From Chitinophagaceae bacterium (GTDB taxonomy: Bacteria > Bacteroidota > Bacteroidia > Chitinophagales > Chitinophagaceae), in contig JBILBU010000003.1 in assembly GCA_044353505.1 (NCBI GenBank), positions 8,544-72,543 on the forward strand: 64,000 nt of DNA, written 5' to 3'. Made by a program: the position numbers and the translations under genes. The notes under the pieces are model-generated. The model had not been told where the DNA came from and searched no databases. It saw only the letters and a list, made by a program, of their open reading frames with translations. Below, piece by piece: positions 47,935 to 57,023 of the stretch (positions within the stretch are counted from its first letter, which is position 1; each line of letters starts with the position of its first letter).

Positions 47935-49449
47935 ATGAAACTGCTTAGTCCAGCCATTTCTACCCTGGCAAGGTTGCGCTCCTGGCGCATAGAAGCATGG
48001 ATTAAACATCCCATTTCCGCTCAAAGGGAAGTTTTACAAGATCTTGTTACGTCTGCCCAATTCACCGAATTTGGGAGGCGCTACGAATTCTCCAAACTGT
48101 TCAGCACACGTGCCTTCAAAAAAACAGTCCCTATTCATGAATACGAAGACCTTAAGCCATATATAGAACGTATTATTTCAGGAGAACAGCATCTGCTTTG
48201 GAATACCCCCATCAATTGGTTTGCAAAAAGCAGTGGTACAACTTCCGATAAAAGCAAGTTCATTCCTGTTAGTCAAGAAAGTCTTGAGGATGGCCACTAC
48301 AAGGCTGCAAAAGATGTGCTCTCCCTATATTATATGTTCAACCCTGAGTCAGATCTGCTCACCGGAAAGGCGCTAATCATTGGAGGAAGTCATAACATAA
48401 GCAGCCTGAACGAAGAAGCCCATTTCGGAGATCTTAGTGCTGTCCTGATGCAAAACACGCCATTTTGGGGGAACTGGATCAGAACCCCTGAGTTGAAAAT
48501 TGCCTTGATGGATGAATGGGAAGAGAAGATTGAAAAATTAGCAGAAAATACCATCCATGAAAATGTCACTTCGGTATCTGGCGTACCCACATGGACGATC
48601 GTCTTGTTTCAGCGTATACTTGAACTCACCGGGAAAAAGAATATAAAGGAAGTGTGGCCATCACTAGAACTGTATATGCATGGAGGAGTAGCCTTTCAGC
48701 CTTACAAAGACCAATTCAAAAGACTTATTGGAGAGGATATACATTACTTGGAAATGTACAACGCCAGTGAAGGCTTCTTTGCAGCACAAGACCTCCCGGG
48801 GTCAGAGGGCATGTTGTTATTTCTTGACCACGGCATTTTCTATGAGTTCATGCCGGTAGAAGAATATGGAAAAACAGAACCCAGAACAATCGGACTCAAA
48901 GATGTTGAAATAGGTCAGCACTATGCCCCGGTAATTAGCACCAATGGCGGACTCTGGCGCTATCTCATTGGAGATACCATTCAATTCACCAACCTTTCAC
49001 CTTTCCGAATTAAAGTAAGCGGTAGGTTAAAACTCTTTATCAATGCGTTTGGAGAGGAGTTGATCATAGACAATGCAGAAAGGGGAATCACTGCTGCATG
49101 TGCATTAACGAATTCGGTTTTTACCGATTATACCGCAGGGCCTGTCTACTTCAGTGAAAACGGAAATGGCGCACACGAATGGCTGATAGAATTCGAAAAA
49201 GCCCCACAAGACATTCAGCAATTCTCTGAACTCCTTGATACGCAACTAAAAACACTCAACAGCGACTACGAGGCAAAACGGTATAAAAATATTGCACTGA
49301 GAGAGCCAATCGTTAAGGTCATGCCCCAAGGACATTTTAGCAAATGGCTAAAGCAAAAAAATAAACTAGGCGGGCAACATAAAGTGCCTAGGTTGAGCAA
49401 CGACAGAACAATTATTGAGGAAATCCTCAGGATACTAGATAAGGTATAA
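47935..49449 (+). CDS. GH3 family acyl-adenylate/amido synthetase-like protein
   Basis: FAKSSGTTSDKSKFIP, YNASEGFF, GLWRYLIGD, FGEELI, GGQHKVPRL. Confidence 0.9.
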   Translation: MKLLSPAISTLARLRSWRIEAWIKHPISAQREVLQDLVTSAQFTEFGRRYEFSKLFSTRAFKKTVPIHEYEDLKPYIERIISGEQHLLWNTPINWFAKSSGTTSDKSKFIPVSQESLEDGHYKAAKDVLSLYYMFNPESDLLTGKALIIGGSHNISSLNEEAHFGDLSAVLMQNTPFWGNWIRTPELKIALMDEWEEKIEKLAENTIHENVTSVSGVPTWTIVLFQRILELTGKKNIKEVWPSLELYMHGGVAFQPYKDQFKRLIGEDIHYLEMYNASEGFFAAQDLPGSEGMLLFLDHGIFYEFMPVEEYGKTEPRTIGLKDVEIGQHYAPVISTNGGLWRYLIGDTIQFTNLSPFRIKVSGRLKLFINAFGEELIIDNAERGITAACALTNSVFTDYTAGPVYFSENGNGAHEWLIEFEKAPQDIQQFSELLDTQLKTLNSDYEAKRYKNIALREPIVKVMPQGHFSKWLKQKNKLGGQHKVPRLSNDRTIIEEILRILDKV

Positions 49450-49562
49450 GTGCCAATTAGACTCCCCTACAGCTCAGTATTCAATCCCTTACACAAATAA
49501 TTCTCCATAATCACACCCTGCTTCTCGAGTCTCTTGATTATCTTGCACAAAACTCAAACGAA

Positions 49563-50318
49563 ATGAAACTTCTTGAAAATAAAATTGTGATTGTAACCGG
49601 CGCTGCCCGCGGAATCGGAGAAGCAATTGCTATAAAACTTGCAGAGCACGGCGCTCACATTGCATTCACCTATGTAAGTGAAAATAGTGCAGAAAAAGCT
49701 GCAGCGTTAGTTGCGAAACTTGAGGGCTTGGGTGTAAAAGCAAAATCATGGAGAAGCAATGCTGGCAACTTTGCCGAGTCAGAGGCTTTTGTTAACGATG
49801 TAATTAAAGAATTCGGAACAGTGGATGTTTGCGTCAACAATGCCGGAATTTCAAAAGATAACCTGCTGCTGAGAATGACTCCTGAGCAATGGGATGAAGT
49901 GATGGATGTCAATTTGAAAAGTGTTTTTAACATGACGAAGCAAGTCATCAAGCCAATGATGAAATCTAGAAAAGGATCAATTATTAATATGAGTTCCATT
50001 GTTGGCGTTCGTGGAAATGCAGGGCAATCCAGCTATGCAGCCAGCAAGGCCGGTATCATTGGTTTCACAAAATCCATAGCACAGGAATTAGGCAGCAGGA
50101 ATGTTCGGGTTAATGCCATTGCCCCAGGATTCATTGAAACAGACATGACCCACTATCTAAAAGAGGGAGAGGCAGCACAAGCATTTATTTCTAAAATACC
50201 ACTAGGCAGATTTGGGTCTGCAGAGGAGATTGGCAACACCACCCTATTTCTAGCTTCTGATTTGAGCAGCTATATAACTGGACAGGTGCTGAGCACTTGC
50301 GGGGGATTGAACATTTGA
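49563..50318 (+). CDS. fabG: 3-oxoacyl-ACP reductase
   Basis: TGAARGIG, NNAGISKDNLLLRM, YAASKAG, VNAIAPGFIETDMT. Confidence 0.95.
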   Translation: MKLLENKIVIVTGAARGIGEAIAIKLAEHGAHIAFTYVSENSAEKAAALVAKLEGLGVKAKSWRSNAGNFAESEAFVNDVIKEFGTVDVCVNNAGISKDNLLLRMTPEQWDEVMDVNLKSVFNMTKQVIKPMMKSRKGSIINMSSIVGVRGNAGQSSYAASKAGIIGFTKSIAQELGSRNVRVNAIAPGFIETDMTHYLKEGEAAQAFISKIPLGRFGSAEEIGNTTLFLASDLSSYITGQVLSTCGGLNI

Positions 50319-50417
50319 TATTTTTGAACTGCCATCATATAGCTATGGGGCAAAGACACCAGTTAAGCCGTGATGAGGAATATTGATTTATGCTAAACGA
50401 AAGTATATTTTGAAAAA

Positions 50418-52004
50418 TTAGTGATCCCCTGTTTTTCCAGAATGTACATGGGACATACCATCCATTTTATATTCTGGTTTAAAATTCTGCAAGCTCACAT
50501 GAATCCCCTTGTCTTTAGAACCAACAGTTAAAAAGTCTCTCAACATTTCCAATATATCATGGTCTATATAGACTGTGTTAGACGCATCGATCACTAGATT
50601 ACTTCCTGCTGGCAAATGAGCCAATGTTTGCTTAATGGCCGCCTTATTAAGAAAAGAAACCTCTTGTGCAAGATCCATGAAAATTGTTTCCCCCTCATGG
50701 TGCTGCTCCTTTTTAAAAAAATAAGCCAGCTTCATATTTCCCTTTAATATAAAATAAATACTAAACACCAGGCCAATCCCAACACCCTTGAGCAAGTCTG
50801 TGAACACTACCGCAACCACAGTAACTACAAATGGAAGAAACTGGTGCTTGCCCTTTTGCCAAACATGTTTAAATACAGAAAAGCTTGCAAGCTTAAATCC
50901 AATCATGATTAAAATTGCAGCCAATGTTGCCATTGGAATTTTATTCAATATTCCTGGAATAGCAAGAACGGCAACGAGAAGAAACACACCATGGGCAATT
51001 GCTGAAGCCTTTGTTTTACTTCCAGCATTAACATTGGCAGAAGTGCGAACGATTACTGAAGTCATTGGGATTCCTCCCAAAAAACCAGCGAGTATATTAC
51101 CAATGCCCTGTGCCTTAAGCTCAGTATTGGCACTTGAATAACGTTTCTGCGGATCCATCTTATCGCCTGCCTCAAGACACAATAGCGTCTCGATGCTGGC
51201 AACAATAGCAATAGTAGCACCAACAACCCAAACACTGGGATTAAGAAATCCCTTAATAGAGGGAGTAGTAAACTGAGATATAAATTCATTGAAAGAACGA
51301 GCAGTAGGAAGTTGAACCAAATGCTCCTGAGTAATCACAAATGATGAGGCGGTTAGCTTAAAAACTTCATTAATTATGATGCCGGCAACAACGGCTACCA
51401 ATGCACCAGGAATTGCTTTGATTTTTTTTAGTGCGCTAATTTTATTGAAGGCAATCAAGATGGACAAAGAAACTAGGGTTACGATGATCGCGCCTGCATG
51501 TGCAAAATTGAGGGATTGAATAATTTCTGTTAGAAAACCCCGATTAGCCCCAATCAACTCATACGAAAAGAAATCACCCTCATGCACAGCGTCATACCCT
51601 ATTGCATGTGGTATTTCTTTTTTAATAATGATGATGCCAATTGCCACAAGCATCCCCTCAATTACACTTGTTGGGAAATAACTTGAAATACCCCCTGCCT
51701 TAGCAATCCCCAATGATAACTGAATCAATCCCGCAATGACAACAGCAACAAGAAATGTTTCATAACCCAAGTCTGTAATCGCAACCAATACAATGGCTAT
51801 CAATCCTGCAGCAGGACCTGATACACTGACATTTGAATTGCTGAGCAGTCCGACAATAATTCCGCCGATAACTCCTGTTATGATCCCGGCAAATGGCGGG
51901 GCACCACTTGCAACCGCAATGCCTAAGCACAAAGGCAGTGCAACTAGAAAAACAACAAGACCTGATAGTACATCGTCTTTTAAAAATTTAGGCTTATACC
52001 TCAT
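50418..52004 (-). CDS. SulP/SLC26 family anion (likely bicarbonate) transporter with STAS domain
   Basis: VVFLVALPLCLGIA, SVSGPAAG, ASIETLL, ELKAQGIGN, TSVIVRTSAN; C-terminal STAS-like region. Confidence 0.92.
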   Translation of the reverse strand: MRYKPKFLKDDVLSGLVVFLVALPLCLGIAVASGAPPFAGIITGVIGGIIVGLLSNSNVSVSGPAAGLIAIVLVAITDLGYETFLVAVVIAGLIQLSLGIAKAGGISSYFPTSVIEGMLVAIGIIIIKKEIPHAIGYDAVHEGDFFSYELIGANRGFLTEIIQSLNFAHAGAIIVTLVSLSILIAFNKISALKKIKAIPGALVAVVAGIIINEVFKLTASSFVITQEHLVQLPTARSFNEFISQFTTPSIKGFLNPSVWVVGATIAIVASIETLLCLEAGDKMDPQKRYSSANTELKAQGIGNILAGFLGGIPMTSVIVRTSANVNAGSKTKASAIAHGVFLLVAVLAIPGILNKIPMATLAAILIMIGFKLASFSVFKHVWQKGKHQFLPFVVTVVAVVFTDLLKGVGIGLVFSIYFILKGNMKLAYFFKKEQHHEGETIFMDLAQEVSFLNKAAIKQTLAHLPAGSNLVIDASNTVYIDHDILEMLRDFLTVGSKDKGIHVSLQNFKPEYKMDGMSHVHSGKTGDH

Positions 52005-52024
52005 AAAACAGTTTTTAACAGGCC

Positions 52025-52669
52025 TTAGTTTTTGCTTTTCCCTGAATGATTAGTAAGATTTTTAAAAAAATCGACTTCGCCTGACTCTACATCATAAACG
52101 CCACCAACCAAACCAATATCGCCTCTAGAAAATAGATCTTTAATAGTTTGACTACGCTCTAAAATTTCTTCCAAGCTATTTTCTACGTTTGCATAAGCAA
52201 CATTGTCGCTGAACTTGTGGTTGGAATGGCTAATTAACATTGCCTTACTGATAGCAGGCTTAATTAGACTAAGTAACCCCGTTATGTGGCCATCCTTGAC
52301 ATCACTCTTGGCACTCGTAATAGCACCGCAAGAAGTATGACCGAGCACCATTAATACTTTCGAGCCCACATACTTAACTGCATATTCCAGGCTTCCTAAA
52401 ATATCATTATTAACGATATTCCCTGCAACTCGTATACTAAATAAGTCGCCCAAGCCCTGATCAAAAATTAATTCAACTGATGCACGCGAGTCCATGCAAC
52501 TCAATATTACCCCAAATGGATACTGCCCTTCTCTTGTTTCATTAATCATTTCAAGATGATCATGGTCTTTACGCAAGTTATTAACGAAACGTCTATTGCC
52601 ATCAACCAATAGGTCATATGCCTTTTCTGGACTAAGATGATCTAAAAAATCCTTTGAATGCGCCCTCAT
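52025..52669 (-). CDS. Beta-class carbonic anhydrase
   Basis: GNRRF, Zn ligands SCMDSRA and GHTSCGAI, FSIRVAGN, GSLEY. Confidence 0.94.
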   Translation of the reverse strand: MRAHSKDFLDHLSPEKAYDLLVDGNRRFVNNLRKDHDHLEMINETREGQYPFGVILSCMDSRASVELIFDQGLGDLFSIRVAGNIVNNDILGSLEYAVKYVGSKVLMVLGHTSCGAITSAKSDVKDGHITGLLSLIKPAISKAMLISHSNHKFSDNVAYANVENSLEEILERSQTIKDLFSRGDIGLVGGVYDVESGEVDFFKNLTNHSGKSKN

Positions 52670-52783
52670 GTATTAATGATTTGAACCGCCTTACAGACGT
52701 AAAATTTTAAAAAAATATTTTTATTTTTTGCGGACAAGAAATACTAAAGTCCGCCTATACCCGAAAATGGGCCACATTGAATA

Positions 52784-53152
52784 TTAACAAGAAGAATTTG
52801 GTGGAGGAACAAGCAACTCTCCATGATAAGCGATATATAAATTATCATCTCCCAAATGGTTATAGGAAGGTAGCAGTGACCAAAATATTCTCGATATTGG
52901 ATAATCATGCAGATACTCGTCAACCATATTGCTGCTGGCACTTGCCTCTTCCTCTGCATTATTCAAAGGTGATGATTGTGCTTCTTCTCCAGGTGATGAG
53001 GGCAGTGAAGTGGTATGATTAACATGATCATTTACCTCGCTTGTACCTGTGTAAATGAACTGTGCACTGATGGTAAGCCATGCCAATGCCAGAAGCAAGA
53101 ACCCTGCACTTATTTTTTTAAACAACCCGTATGACGGCTTTCTTTTCTTCAT
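52784..53152 (-). CDS. Small hypothetical protein with N-terminal TM/signal segment and C-terminal PPP
   Basis: MKKRKPSYG..FLLLALAWLTISAQFIY, acidic linker (EEAQ, AEEEA), C-terminal YIAYHGELLVPPPNSSC; ATG at 53152 preferred. Confidence 0.7.
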   Translation of the reverse strand: MKKRKPSYGLFKKISAGFLLLALAWLTISAQFIYTGTSEVNDHVNHTTSLPSSPGEEAQSSPLNNAEEEASASSNMVDEYLHDYPISRIFWSLLPSYNHLGDDNLYIAYHGELLVPPPNSSC

Positions 53153-53254
53153 AAATCGATGAGCCGGCAATATACAAAAAATTGAATTAATGTGGCCATC
53201 GTATATCACAATTAAGAAAATCTTAATTGATTTTTTACAATTAGATTACACAAA

Positions 53255-53836
53255 TTATTGCTGGGAACGTTTATCGATCTCCTTACAGAGTTCATTGAAA
53301 ATCTCGTCTACTGTGCCAAGTCCATTTAGCGAAACCACCTTTCCGAAAAGATGATAGTGATCGGCAACAGCCAGGGTTTCATTTTTATATACAGCTATCC
53401 TGTTTTTCTGAACTTCAGGATTTGCATCATCCGACCGGCCAGATGTCTTGGCGCGGCCAATCATTCTTTGTAGCAATTCATCTTCTGGAACATCAAGGGC
53501 AAGTACCAGATCTATTTTTTCTTCATGCGATACCAACAAATGATCTAATGCAACAGCTTGTGCTTTAGTTCTTGGAAATCCATCAAACAAAAAACCATAA
53601 ACCCCTTTGTTTGAATTGATGGCGGCGTCGACCATCCCAATTACTACGGCATCAGGAACCAGTTGCCCTGCATCCATGAATGATTTGGCCTCTAACCCAA
53701 GCTTGGTCTGATTGGCAATTTCAGAACGGAGTAAATCGCCAGTAGACAAATGCTTAAACCCGTATTTGCTGATGAGCTTTTCTGACTGGGTTCCTTTTCC
53801 ACTGCCGGGCGGACCAAATAGGATGAGGTTAAACAT
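53255..53836 (-). CDS. adk: Adenylate kinase (short LID type)
   Basis: GPPGSGKGTQ, STGDLLR, GQLVPD, LFDGFPRT, GRSDD. Confidence 0.96.
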   Translation of the reverse strand: MFNLILFGPPGSGKGTQSEKLISKYGFKHLSTGDLLRSEIANQTKLGLEAKSFMDAGQLVPDAVVIGMVDAAINSNKGVYGFLFDGFPRTKAQAVALDHLLVSHEEKIDLVLALDVPEDELLQRMIGRAKTSGRSDDANPEVQKNRIAVYKNETLAVADHYHLFGKVVSLNGLGTVDEIFNELCKEIDKRSQQ

Positions 53837-53910
53837 GAACAAAAGATGTTAAAATGTGTATTAATGGGGTGGTATATGGTATAATGACCATCCAGCTTTT
53901 CAAATATACT

Positions 53911-53918
53911 TAGATTTG
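53911..53918 (+). promoter_or_regulatory. -7 box TAGATTTG upstream of msrB
   Basis: Exact TAnnTTTG 23 bp before the ATG. Confidence 0.55.
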
Positions 53919-53941
53919 CATTGATACAAAAAGCATAAATT

Positions 53942-54472
53942 ATGTTACTGAAATCCGGACTACTCCTTTTAATCACAATCATCAATTTCAGCTGTAGTTT
54001 CTCCCAAAATAAACCCCCAAAATCAGAAAAGAAGATGCCTGAATCAACCTCTACAAATCCTGCATTCTCAAGAACCAATGAAGAGAAGGTGGAAATAAGC
54101 GAAGAGCAATGGAAGAAGGTGCTCAGCCCAGAACAATATTATATCGCAAGACAAAAGGGAACTGAAAGACCCTGGACCAGCAAGTTCGAAAAGTTTGAAG
54201 AGAAAGGGACCTACTACTGCGCCGCTTGTGGCAACACCCTGTTTCAAAGCAATACAAAATTCGATAGCGGTTGCGGATGGCCTAGCTTCTTTGAGCCCGT
54301 TGCCAAAAAAAGCATCATTTACATCGAAGACAATACCCTAGGGATGAAAAGAACCGAAGTTCAGTGCGGTAGATGCAAAGCACACCTTGGACATGTATTT
54401 GATGATGGTCCGCCCCCAACAGGCTTAAGATATTGTATTAATGGAGTGATACTGGGGTTTGAAAAGAAGTAA
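53942..54472 (+). CDS. msrB: Peptide-methionine (R)-S-oxide reductase, exported/lipoprotein form
   Basis: GTERP, Zn CAAC and CGRC, SGCGWPSF, HLGHVFDDGP, RYCING; N-terminal signal with FSC. Confidence 0.94.
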   Translation: MLLKSGLLLLITIINFSCSFSQNKPPKSEKKMPESTSTNPAFSRTNEEKVEISEEQWKKVLSPEQYYIARQKGTERPWTSKFEKFEEKGTYYCAACGNTLFQSNTKFDSGCGWPSFFEPVAKKSIIYIEDNTLGMKRTEVQCGRCKAHLGHVFDDGPPPTGLRYCINGVILGFEKK

Positions 54473-54479
54473 TAATACA

Positions 54480-54697
54480 AGGGACGAGGTCGAAGATCCA
54501 GACCGAAGCGTCTGGAGACAGGGGACGAGTAGATACAATTATTAGCATCATAAAAAAAGGGTCAAATGTTGTTTGACCCTTTTTATTTTACGTTAATTGG
54601 CTTGGCTGTATGACTTGTCTCCCGAATCGGGCTGCGCCCTCTCGGGATCTGCGACCTCGTCTCCAGACGCTTCGGTCTGGATCTGCGACCTTGTCAC
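54480..54697. repeat. REP-like modular palindromic repeats flanking the msrB/yceI terminator
   Basis: One plus-strand copy AGGTCGAAGAT-CCAGACcgaagcGTCTGG-AGAC (54487-54519) and two inverted copies YGTCT-[hairpin]-ATCTGCGACCT (54616-54657, 54658-54691). Confidence 0.85.
54552..54584. terminator. Bidirectional intrinsic terminator between msrB and yceI
   Basis: AAAAAAAGGGTCAAA-TGTTG-TTTGACCCTTTTT. Confidence 0.85.
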
Positions 54698-54711
54698 TTT
54701 TCGCTTGTATT

Positions 54712-55293
54712 TTACTGCTTATCTAGCTCAACCAATACCGTAATCTCAACATCCTTGCCTACAGCAAGTCCGCCTGCTTCAACCGCTTTAGCCCATTTCA
54801 AACCATATTCAAGACGATCGATAGTTGCTTTAGCTTTAAAACCTGCCTTAGCACCAGTTCCAACTTTGATTTGGCCACCATAGGTAACATCAAAAGTTAT
54901 TGGCTTGGTTACATCACGGATGGTCAGATCACCAGTCATTGCATATTTATTCCCCCCTAAAGGTTTCATAGACTTGCTCACAAAGGTCATTTTCGGATAT
55001 TTCTCAGCATTGAAAAAATCATCTGTTTTCAAATGCCCATCTCTCATTTCATTATCAGTATTCACAGACGCTACATCAACACTAAAATTGATCTGTGCAT
55101 CAGAAAGATCTGCTTTTGAAGCAACCAGGCTGCCATCAAACACCCGAAAAGAACCCTCAACTTCAGACACAATCATGTGGGTAACTGAAAACTTTACATT
55201 AGAATGCAATTTGTCAACATTCCACTTTGTTTGTGCAACGGTACCTGAAACCACAAGCATTAGAGCAGCAAGATAAAAGATCTGTTTTTTCAT
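54712..55293 (-). CDS. YceI family periplasmic lipid/polyisoprenoid-binding protein
   Basis: Signal peptide, WNVDKLHS, SVNTDNEMRDGHL, FFNAEKYP, GDLTIRDVTK, IDRLEYG. Confidence 0.92.
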   Translation of the reverse strand: MKKQIFYLAALMLVVSGTVAQTKWNVDKLHSNVKFSVTHMIVSEVEGSFRVFDGSLVASKADLSDAQINFSVDVASVNTDNEMRDGHLKTDDFFNAEKYPKMTFVSKSMKPLGGNKYAMTGDLTIRDVTKPITFDVTYGGQIKVGTGAKAGFKAKATIDRLEYGLKWAKAVEAGGLAVGKDVEITVLVELDKQ

Positions 55294-55410
55294 TTTATTT
55301 AATTTTGATGTTTAAACACTAAGTTATTGAATTTTGCTTTTCTGGCAAAATACTTCTTTGAAGTTAGTCAGATAAAAGCACATATTCAGCTCCTAAAAGG
55401 GGTCCCGGGA

Positions 55411-55659
55411 TCAATTCCTATTAAACAGAAACTGAAAAGGCTTCAGCGATTTTTGCTTAAGCGCCTTTGATACTGACGCCAAATCATGTAAAACCTTAAA
55501 CTTATTCATGTCAATCAACTCAAAGGCCCTAGAGAGTGAATCAACGGTCTCGACTGACTGAAGAAGAACATGAAGCATAGAAACCTCCTTCTCAATGGCA
55601 TTGGCATTGGGATTAGTTTCCTTGCGGATTAATAATAAGTCTCTGGTCAACCGTTTCAT
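55411..55659 (-). CDS. Small hypothetical protein (82 aa)
   Basis: Clean ATG with A-rich upstream context, fills an otherwise empty interval, protein-like composition. Confidence 0.6.
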   Translation of the reverse strand: MKRLTRDLLLIRKETNPNANAIEKEVSMLHVLLQSVETVDSLSRAFELIDMNKFKVLHDLASVSKALKQKSLKPFQFLFNRN

Positions 55660-55882
55660 AATAATTTCAATATCCGATTAAGCCTTTCTTCGCCGGGCAT
55701 CCACAATTGTTTTGCTTGCTGACACTGCAAGATATCAATACTAGATTGAAGATAAAAAACAAAGAAAAATATAAAAAACTCCTGGCCTTCAAACTCTTCA
55801 TGTATTACTAAATTACAATTTTCAGCTAACTTGGTTGCATTACACCCTGTTTTTATGAGATATTTAATACCACGCAGACTGT

Positions 55883-57007
55883 ATAAAAACTGACCAACCA
55901 TATAAACAATATTCAGTACTGGTAGCCCCATTAGATTGGGGATTGGGACATGCCAGCCGATGCATACCCATGATCACCTATCTCATTGAACTCAACTGCA
56001 GGGTTTCAGTTGCAGGCGAAGGCCAGACCATTGAATTGATCAAAAAGGAGTTCCCCAATCTTGATTACCTAGCGCTCAAGGGATACAGGATTCGTTATCC
56101 TAAAAAAGGAACGCTATTTATCCCTAAAATTATGTTGCAAATACCCCGCTTGCTTGGCAGCATTTCAGGGGAACACATTTGGATAAAAAATAATCAAAAA
56201 GAAAAAGAATGGGATCTTGTTATTAGCGACAATAGATATGGACTCCATGCCAATGGGATAACAACCATACTCATTACCCATCAGCCACAAATCATCACAG
56301 GCCTTGGAAAATATATAGATCGTTTGGCGGCGAGCATCTTAAGATTCCAAATTGAAAAATTCAGTAAATGTTGGATACCAGATCTAAGTGAAGAAAATAG
56401 CATTTCAGGAAAACTCTCTAAAGCAGATATACCACCCAGAAACACCAGATATATTGGTCCTGTCTCTCGGCTTGATATAAAACCGTCTGAAACAAATCAG
56501 CACCTGCTCGTGCTGCTTTCAGGACTAGAACCACAACGAACCATTCTTGAGCAATTATTAATCGACCAATTGCAACAGATTGATGAAGAAATCCTCTTTG
56601 TCAGGGGACTCCCCCTAGAAAAAGCAGCCTTAACCCCAATACACAACATCAAGTTTATCAATTACCTAGACAAAGAGGCCCTATCTACCATCATGACAGC
56701 AGCCAAACTAGTTATCTGCCGGTCTGGGTACTCCTCGATAATGGACCTCTTAAAATTAAAGAAACAGGCATTACTCATTCCAACACCCGGACAAACAGAA
56801 CAACGCTACCTGGCAAGTCGCCTAAACAAATTTGGGTGGTTTTACACGCAACAACAAGACGAGTTGGATGTTAGACAAGGGATATCCTGGGCCTTGAACA
56901 TGACGGGCAGCAGACCAACCTTTAACTTTGAAGGCTATAAACAGGCGCTCGGAGAAATCATTTCAAAAAAAACACTAGACTGCAGTAACAATAGTAACAT
57001 TCTCTAA
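55883..57007 (+). CDS. GT-B glycosyltransferase (GT28/MurG-like C-terminal domain); start codon non-canonical or frameshifted
   Basis: In-frame VLVAPLDWGLGHASRCIP begins upstream of the track start (TTG 55943); ISDNRYG, ICRSGYSSIMD, PTPGQTEQ. The only upstream in-frame start-like codons are ATA 55883 and CTG 55919. Confidence 0.8.
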   Translation: MKTDQPYKQYSVLVAPLDWGLGHASRCIPMITYLIELNCRVSVAGEGQTIELIKKEFPNLDYLALKGYRIRYPKKGTLFIPKIMLQIPRLLGSISGEHIWIKNNQKEKEWDLVISDNRYGLHANGITTILITHQPQIITGLGKYIDRLAASILRFQIEKFSKCWIPDLSEENSISGKLSKADIPPRNTRYIGPVSRLDIKPSETNQHLLVLLSGLEPQRTILEQLLIDQLQQIDEEILFVRGLPLEKAALTPIHNIKFINYLDKEALSTIMTAAKLVICRSGYSSIMDLLKLKKQALLIPTPGQTEQRYLASRLNKFGWFYTQQQDELDVRQGISWALNMTGSRPTFNFEGYKQALGEIISKKTLDCSNNSNIL

Positions 57008-57023
57008 AACCAAACCTAAAAAC

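Noticed and set aside
35149-54697. CRISPR interpretation of the repeat clusters
   Set aside because: Units are 7-40 bp without regularly sized unique spacers, are arranged as inverted arrays, and no cas gene is present.
55656-55931. 91-aa minus-strand ORF in the track
   Set aside because: It overlaps the glycosyltransferase promoter and 5' coding region on the opposite strand, is low-complexity and has no motifs; probably spurious.
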